Origin: Naegleria gruberi
Taxonomy: Eukaryota
Length of the DNA stretch: 3,057 nt
Assembly (NCBI GenBank): GCA_000004985.1
Contig: GG739167.1
Direction: 5' to 3' (one strand)
Part shown: piece by piece, positions 1 to 3,057 of the stretch
How the letters are laid out: the number at the start of each line of letters is the position of its first letter
Position numbering within the stretch: the first letter of the stretch is position 1
Notes under the pieces: model-generated
What the model was told of the DNA's origin: nothing
The model's input: the letters and a program-made list of their open reading frames with translations, nothing else
Database searches by the model: none
Made by a program: the position numbers and the translations under genes

Positions 1-247
1 TATTCGCTCTCTCCTCCACCCAATCACATCGTTGATGATTTTCCTTGTATTGATCATAGACTTTCAACTCTTCAGTAAAATTCTTCTCCAACCGATGAGC
101 ACCTCCCGAATATGATAAATTATTTGATGATTTGATTTTGTATTTGGCGCAACCTCCGTGATAGGATGAATCGCTGGTCTTTTCTACACGTGGTGTTTGA
201 TATTTGACTTTACCACTTCTTGCCAAGCCTCCGTACATTATTGCCAT
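1..247 (-). CDS. Partial CDS, 5' end, continuing beyond the left edge of the window. It encodes a hypothetical protein whose N-terminus resembles ribosomal protein eS30 and whose remainder does not.
   Basis: Start: the ATG lies at 247-245 on the minus strand (plus-strand CAT). An in-frame TAG sits 21 nt upstream (plus-strand CTA at 266-268). The context AACAATGG has A at -3.

Reading frame: open for all 82 codons to the window edge, in about 68% AT sequence where a stop is expected roughly every 13 codons.

Translation: MAIMYGGLARSGKVKYQTPRVEKTSDSSYHGGCAKYKIKSSNNLSYSGGAHRLEKNFTEELKVYDQYKENHQRCDWVEERAN...

Residues 1-26 align with yeast eS30 as I recall it ([26 protein letters not shown]) at about 17 of 26 identities, including the MA start. 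The downstream sequence is not eS30-like; real eS30 continues with a basic stretch, KPKKPKGRAYKRLLYTRRF. Neither alternate frame gives that continuation, and there is no GT donor after VEKT. Confidence 0.6.
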   Translation of the reverse strand, partial: MAIMYGGLARSGKVKYQTPRVEKTSDSSYHGGCAKYKIKSSNNLSYSGGAHRLEKNFTEELKVYDQYKENHQRCDWVEERAN

Positions 248-376
248 TGTTGTTTGTTGGTGTGGCTACTGTCGTGTGTTGTTTGTTGTGTTTTTTTTAG
301 AGTTAAAAATAAATTAAACTTCTTTCGAGTTCAAGGTCGAAACATGTTGTAAAGAGAACAAATTACCTATTTTCTT
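248..376 (-). promoter_or_regulatory. Likely 5' leader and core promoter of gene A. It contains a CA-rich, G-poor leader and a T8 (poly dA:dT) tract.
   Basis: Read on the minus strand, 300-248 is CTAAAAAAAACACAACAAACAACACACGACAGTAGCCACACCAACAAACAACA followed by the ATG. An A/C-rich, G-poor leader of this kind is typical of highly expressed yeast genes. A T8 run lies at 291-298. A short dyad TTTCGA/TCGAAA lies at 323-343.

I did not find a canonical TATAAA. The TATATA-containing palindrome at 509-558 and the tandem repeat lie further upstream. Confidence 0.4.
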
Positions 377-520
377 GTGATATCAATTGTTTCATTTCAC
401 TGATATATTTAACTCCTTCATCACTAATTAAATTGTTACCAATATCAAGTGATATCAACCGTTTCATTTCACTTATATGTTTGGATCCTTCATCACCAAT
501 TTGATTGTTAGTAACTATAT
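377..520. repeat. Tandem duplication of a 72-bp unit in two copies, 377-448 and 449-520, about 130-275 bp upstream of the gene A ATG.
   Basis: Direct alignment of the two units.
Unit 1: GTGATATCAATTGTTTCATTTCACTGATATATTTAACTCCTTCATCAC...
Unit 2: GTGATATCAACCGTTTCATTTCACTTATATGTTTGGATCCTTCATCAC...
The first 48 positions match at 41 of 48 (85%). Overall identity is about 75% (54 of 72). The end of copy 2 merges into the left arm of the 23-bp palindrome. Confidence 0.7.
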
Positions 521-558
521 ATCTACTATTAAGTGTAATAGTAGATATATAGTTACTA
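509..558. repeat. Perfect inverted repeat with 23-bp arms and a 4-nt spacer, forming a hairpin or cruciform candidate.
   Basis: The left arm at 509-531 (TAGTAACTATATATCTACTATTA) is the exact reverse complement of the right arm at 536-558 (TAATAGTAGATATATAGTTACTA). The spacer is AGTG at 532-535. I checked this base by base. Both arms contain TATATA. The left arm overlaps GTTAGTA at 507-513, which is the reverse complement of the yeast branch-point consensus TACTAAC. Confidence 0.8.
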
Positions 559-920
559 GTATCACAAAAATATTAAAAGTAATATATCCAATTGTGAAAA
601 TTACAGTAAAAGATAATTATCTGGTAGAGAATGGATGAATGACATGCTATTCGTGATGTTTCAGTGAGAAGTCAATATCCACATCATGAGAAAAACAATA
701 AAAACATGAAAATATCAGATATGCATGATTTTCACAAATTATGCTACAAGACTCGAAATTATACATTTAATAACATAATAAACATTATGAATTGTTGTTT
801 TATTGTTGTTTGATTTGTAATTGGGTTATGAATCAACTCTGGTAGCATCAAATATCGGAACTTGGTAAATTGACAACAATACTTTACTTTTTGTGTTGAA
901 GAGTGAATCGCAAACTTGAA

Positions 921-977
921 AATCTTTCATTGTTTGGGTGGTGCAAATGCTTTGGGGCGCCTTGGAAGTCTTTCATT
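921..977. repeat. Short direct repeats A(A/G)TCTTTCATT flanking a 30-bp GC-rich island.
   Basis: AATCTTTCATT at 921-931 and AGTCTTTCATT at 967-977 match at 10 of 11 positions. They flank GGGTGGTGCAAATGCTTTGGGGCGCCTTGG at about 935-966, which is about 60% GC in a region that is about 70% AT. Confidence 0.35.
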
Positions 978-1093
978 AATTATATTATTGCAATGATGAT
1001 AGGGCAATAGAACATGATGAAAATCTGATAATAAATATGATGTTTATTATCTATTTAAATAGTAGTACTAAAAGACATGATTCAAGTTAGTGA

Positions 1094-1143
1094 AGTACAT
1101 GTTGAGTTATGGTCCATGTACTTTTTCAAAATTCACATGTACC
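1094..1143. promoter_or_regulatory. Three copies of the 7-mer GTACATG/CATGTAC spaced about 20 bp apart. This is a candidate cluster of transcription-factor binding sites.
   Basis: GTACATG lies at 1096-1102. Its reverse complement CATGTAC lies at 1115-1121 and again at 1136-1142. Sites 1 and 2 form an 8-bp inverted repeat, AGTACATG (1094-1101) and CATGTACT (1115-1122). At this base composition, either orientation of a specific 7-mer is expected about 1e-4 times per position, so three copies within 50 bp is a strong excess. Confidence 0.4.
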
Positions 1144-1340
1144 TATCCCTATCATAACTTGACCAAAATTGATAAGAGAAAGTTCTCCTACCTACTATTG
1201 ACCATTCCGAACAATACTACATTGACAGTTTTCCAACTTGTTCAGTAGATTCAGCAGTGATGATGAATTTAGTGAAAATTTTGACCTTTCACCAAAATTA
1301 CATTAGTAAAAATTAATTTCCACAAATACTATTATTATAT

Positions 1341-1550
1341 TGATGGAAAACAATAATGATGATGGTTGGTGAATGATCCGATGATGGAACACCAAATTGT
1401 GATTTTCCATCATGAAAAATAACTTCCAATTTCATGATGATAATCCACCAATAAAAATTACTATTATTAATACTATATAGATCATGTTGAGATGATGATG
1501 TGAAAGTTTGGTGGTTTTATGATGTAAAACCACTCCGAAAATCATCATGT
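1341..1550. repeat. Region enriched in ATGATG/CATCAT hexamers, containing two perfect 9-bp inverted repeats.
   Basis: ATGATG or TGATGA occurs at about 1356, 1359, 1381, 1435, 1491, 1494 and 1519 on the plus strand. CATCAT occurs at 1407 and 1542. The expected count for one hexamer is about 0.07 per 200 bp.

Inverted repeat 1: ATGATGGAA (1381-1389) and TTCCATCAT (1405-1413), with a 15-nt spacer.
Inverted repeat 2: GTGGTTTTA (1511-1519) and TAAAACCAC (1525-1533), with the loop TGATG. Confidence 0.45.
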
Positions 1551-1658
1551 CCTCCTTGAGTAGAAGAATGTTGAATATTTTTTTTATGAAGATTGGCAAC
1601 TTAGTTTTTGTGAGCGAGGTATTGTAAGTTTCCAGAAAGCGTTTACGCCAAAAGTTAA

Positions 1659-1741
1659 CTTCAAGTCAAGTCGTCTAAAGTCATTTTAAGTGGAAAAAAA
1701 AAGTCAATTTACTGGCAACAAAATCGATTCAAAGTCGATCC
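1659..1741. repeat. Cluster A of AAGTC(A/G) direct repeats, with 10-bp phasing.
   Basis: TCAAGTCAAG, TCGTCTAAAG and TCATTTTAAG lie in consecutive 10-bp windows from 1661 to 1690. Each window begins with TC and ends with AAG. Further copies are AAGTC at 1701-1705 and CAAAGTCGATC at 1730-1740. An A9 run lies at 1694-1702. Confidence 0.5.
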
Positions 1742-1762
1742 AATTCTTGTTTTTATTGCTTG

Positions 1763-1772
1763 CACTGCAGTG
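1763..1772. other. Perfect 10-bp GC-rich palindrome CACTGCAGTG, lying between the two AAGTC clusters.
   Basis: CACTGCAGTG is its own reverse complement. With the flanking bases (GCACTGCAGTGG) the match is 11 of 12. Confidence 0.5.
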
Positions 1773-1928
1773 GAACTATTATCAAATAGACTTCTAAAGA
1801 ACTTGGAGAGAAATAAAGGTTAAAGTAAGAAGAATTGACACCAAATTATGCAAATATATCAAAAGAAAATAAATTGAGTTAATTCTTCTTTCAACTACAG
1901 GTTGGTGTTAGTTGATTTGGGGATCAAT

Positions 1929-1990
1929 CAAAAGTCATCTTTTTTTAACGTCATCCAAAATCAAGTCAGGTCGCACCAAGTCGATCAAAA
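1929..1990. repeat. Cluster B of AAGTC(A/G) direct repeats, related to cluster A at an exact offset of 300 bp.
   Basis: Positions 1961-1990 (TCAAGTCAGG TCGCACCAAG TCGATCAAAA) align with 1661-1690 at 20 of 30 identities, at an offset of exactly 300 bp. In addition, AAAGTCATCTTTTTTT at 1930-1946 matches AAAGTCATTTT in cluster A, and CCAAGTCGATC at 1977-1987 matches CAAAGTCGATC at 1730-1740. Confidence 0.5.
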
Positions 1991-2077
1991 AAGTTAGCAA
2001 CTATTCCTCAACATGTACTTCACATTTATTATCAAATTTTCGTCATGTTGTCAATTTACCAAGTTCCTATTTCATAC

Positions 2078-2152
2078 TACTTGAGCTGACAGATTAAAAT
2101 TTCTCATCAATAATATGGTTGACCGTTCACTTGAGCTACCAGAAAATTTTTA
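2078..2152. repeat. Direct repeat of about 24 bp, in two copies roughly 50 bp apart.
   Basis: ACTTGAGCTGACAGATTAAAATTT at 2078-2101 matches CACTTGAGCTACCAGAAAATTTTT at about 2128-2152. ACTTGAGCT is exact in both copies, followed by (G/A)(A/C)CAG and then an A/T tail containing a 2-nt indel. Confidence 0.5.
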
Positions 2153-2302
2153 ATCTTCGAAAGAATGAACATAAAGTCTATCTCTCCTTATCCATGCTTT
2201 CTCTTTGTTTCAATAGTAAACACACAAAATAAAGTTCAAATAATATTTAGACAATTAGGTATTAAGCTCAGGGGCTGAACCACCTTAATGATGAAACAGT
2301 CT

Positions 2303-2345
2303 GGAACCTGCTTTGAAGGATGTAAATCTTTATTGAGCAGGTCCC
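2303..2345. other. Imperfect dyad symmetry in a locally GC-richer patch at 2268-2345.
   Basis: GGAACCTGCT at 2303-2312 matches the reverse complement of AGCAGGTCCC at 2336-2345 (GGGACCTGCT) at 9 of 10 positions. The spacer is 23 nt. An A9 run follows at 2368-2376. Confidence 0.3.
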
Positions 2346-2472
2346 GAGATAATTAAAATTTGTCTGTAAAAAAAAACTTATCAATAGTTGACCTAAGGAT
2401 AAGAAAAAAACGTCAGACCAGCGATAAATGTGAATATGAGAAAGAAATGTTAGTGAAATAAAGAAAATTTTA

Positions 2473-2491
2473 CAATGTTTCCGAAACATTG
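2473..2491. promoter_or_regulatory. 19-bp palindrome CAATGTTTC-C-GAAACATTG, a candidate binding site for a dimeric transcription factor.
   Basis: The arms CAATGTTTC (2473-2481) and GAAACATTG (2483-2491) are exact reverse complements around a central C at 2482. The core TTCCGAA resembles a TTC/GAA inverted pair with a 1-nt gap. It lies about 100 bp upstream of the ATG at 2589 and about 175 bp upstream of the open frame of gene B. Confidence 0.45.
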
Positions 2492-2555
2492 ATGAAAACC
2501 TCACTCAGAAATTAATCCCTTACCAAAGATTAATGAGCGCAACGGTTTTTGGGAG

Positions 2556-2574
2556 GGAGTGGTGGGTCCACTCT
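2556..2574. other. Small GC-rich hairpin in an otherwise AT-rich context.
   Basis: GAGTGG at 2557-2562 pairs with CCACTC at 2568-2573 around the loop TGGGT. It sits inside the GC-rich block GGGAGGGAGTGGTGGGTCCACTC, just upstream of ATG codons at 2589 and 2595. Confidence 0.3.
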
Positions 2575-2666
2575 TTGTTTAGGATGAGATGGAGATGATA
2601 CAGCGTGTTGTTTCCTTTGTGGAGTTCCTTTCTTGTTATTACCAGACATTTCGAATAATTTTTTGA

Positions 2667-3057
2667 GCATGGAAAATTTTTAACAACTCGGAATTGAGGT
2701 CGCTTATTAAGCATATCGGAATATTTTCACTTTATTTTGTAATTTACAATCGGAAACAAGTCCATTCCTCATATTCAATCGGAATTCAACATAATTTATC
2801 TCAAGGTGTTAGAGTTGCAAAATATGATGATCCTCCTATTTCTGAACACAGTGAAGATGAACTAACGGATGAACAATCTAAGAAACCAACTAAAAGGTTT
2901 GAATCTTATACTAAGGATGAAAATGGAAAGTTTTCAACTGAAGTTTGTTTTCGTGGATCTACTGAAGAATTTATTACAGAATTTCAAAGGCATATCAGAA
3001 ACAAATCAAGTGCTAATTGTAACAGAAGAATTAATAGACGAAATAACATTAAACCAA
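2667..3057 (+). CDS. Partial CDS continuing beyond the right edge of the window. It encodes a hypothetical acidic, hydrophilic protein, and its start is unresolved.
   Basis: Frame 0 (codons at 2667, 2670 and so on) is open for 130 codons to the window edge. In 68% AT DNA the chance of this is about e^-10.

From about 2806 onward there is strong codon periodicity (GAA GAT GAA CTA ACG GAT GAA CAA ...). Translation of that part: ...YDDPPISEHSEDELTDEQSKKPTKRFESYTKDENGKFSTEVCFRGSTEEFITEFQRHIRNKSSANCNRRINRRNNIKP.

There is no in-frame ATG anywhere in 2667-3057. A TGA at 2664-2666 directly precedes the open frame. The in-frame ATGs at 2589 and 2595 are separated from it by that TGA.

The opposite strand carries stops in all three frames across 2850-2940. 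Confidence 0.45.
2688..2785. promoter_or_regulatory. Array of four TCGGAA(T/A) motifs at a period of about 30 bp, immediately upstream of the strongly coding-like part of gene B. This could be a zinc-cluster-type (CGG) binding array or a repeat inside coding sequence.
   Basis: TCGGAAT lies at 2688-2694, TCGGAAT at 2716-2722, TCGGAAA at 2750-2756 and TCGGAAT at 2779-2785. The spacings are 28, 34 and 29 bp. The extended contexts are CAACTCGGAATT, ATATCGGAATAT, ACAATCGGAAAC and TCAATCGGAATT. The expected number of TCGGAA in 100 bp at this composition is about 0.02. Confidence 0.4.

Noticed and set aside
505-515. TACTAAC branch-point consensus on the minus strand (plus-strand GTTAGTA at 507-513), which would suggest a 5'-UTR intron in gene A.
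   Set aside because: There is no GTATGT or GTAAGT donor (plus-strand ACATAC or ACTTAC) upstream of it on the minus strand within the window. The match lies inside the palindrome and is most likely coincidental.
1003-1026. ATGATGA at 1004-1010 and 1015-1021 followed by CTGA at 1023-1026, read as a mini C/D snoRNA.
   Set aside because: The C and D boxes are only a few nucleotides apart, leaving no room for guide sequence or a terminal stem.
1617-1636. GTAAGT at 1624-1629 followed by TTTCCAG, read as a splice donor and acceptor pair or the 5' splice site of an intron for gene B.
   Set aside because: The two signals are adjacent, so there is no intron between them. Taking 1624 as a donor for gene B would need an intron of about 1.1-1.2 kb with no TACTAAC-type branch point before any candidate acceptor in 2667-2822. 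This is unsupported.
1912-2097. Supplied ORF, plus strand, 61 aa (MIWGSIKSHLFL...).
   Set aside because: It starts at TTG, not ATG, and overlaps the AAGTC repeat cluster. The peptide is low-complexity with no codon periodicity. A 61-codon ORF is easily produced by chance here, and a bacterial-type start is inappropriate for eukaryotic-looking DNA.
2270-2290. A tRNA-like T-arm (GGTTCAGCCCC on the minus strand), and elsewhere GAGTTCAAGGTCGAAAC at 327-343.
   Set aside because: There are no complementary T-stem halves, no A-box or B-box pair, and no acceptor-stem pairing. There is no tRNA here.
2268-2350. Possible box C/D snoRNA, suggested by CTGA at 2277-2280 and ATGATGA at 2288-2294 in a GC-richer patch.
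   Set aside because: Neither strand has a correctly placed partner box, meaning a C box 5' and a D box CTGA 60-150 nt 3', with terminal stem complementarity. I checked every TGATGA and CTGA pair in the window on both strands and none fits.
2268-2504. Supplied ORF, minus strand, 78 aa (MRFSSMFRKHCKIFF...).
   Set aside because: It starts at GTG. It runs through A9 runs and simple sequence, and the peptide is F/I/L-rich junk typical of translated AT-rich non-coding DNA. It has no supporting start context.
2520-2714. Supplied ORF, minus strand, 64 aa, antisense to the start region of gene B.
   Set aside because: It is short and overlaps the better-supported plus-strand frame and its TCGGAA array. 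It has no periodicity and no leader signal, so it is most likely an antisense artefact.
2688-2785. A CRISPR-like array, because of the regular 30-bp periodicity of a repeated motif.
   Set aside because: The repeat unit is only 7-9 bp with imperfect copies. There are no 24-47-bp repeats, no leader and no cas genes. The context is eukaryotic.
2580-3057. Mollicute-type genetic code (TGA read as Trp), which would make ATG at 2589 through 3057 one continuous gene with an AGGA Shine-Dalgarno-like element.
   Set aside because: Even with TGA as sense, the 2.3 kb upstream is saturated with TAA and TAG in all frames, so it is non-coding. That is incompatible with a gene-dense mollicute genome. Gene A's yeast-type leader and eS30 similarity point to a eukaryote.

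Overview
This AT-rich window (about 68-70% A+T) looks like eukaryotic nuclear DNA, most plausibly from a budding yeast. Three observations support that: an A/C-rich, G-poor leader (CAACAACAAACAACA) directly before an ATG, poly(dA:dT) tracts, and no long ORF in about 2.4 kb under any genetic code I tried. The window appears to hold two divergently oriented partial genes at its edges.

Gene A runs on the minus strand from 247 to 1. It has a well-supported start, and its first 26 residues strongly resemble ribosomal protein eS30. The rest of the protein does not match eS30 and contains an internal three-fold repeat.

Gene B is a strongly codon-periodic acidic ORF on the plus strand, open from 2667 to the window end. 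It has no in-frame ATG in the window and sits directly after an in-frame TGA, so its start is unresolved.

The 2.4 kb region between the two genes has no ORF and reads as a shared divergent regulatory region. It is dense with short structured repeats:
- a 72-bp tandem duplication that runs into a perfect 23-bp-arm palindrome;
- three GTACATG sites about 20 bp apart;
- a cluster of ATGATG/CATCAT hexamers containing perfect 9-bp inverted repeats;
- two AAGTC(A/G) clusters exactly 300 bp apart with 10-bp phasing;
- a 19-bp palindrome, CAATGTTTC-C-GAAACATTG;
- four TCGGAA(T/A) motifs spaced about 30 bp apart just upstream of gene B's coding-like region.

I see nothing prokaryotic in type: no CRISPR array, tRNA, rRNA, recognisable transposon or LTR, and no defence-system-like operon. 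The three complete ORFs in the supplied track (61-78 aa, two using TTG or GTG starts) look spurious.

Every claim here rests on reading the sequence and on recalled family knowledge. No database search was run.
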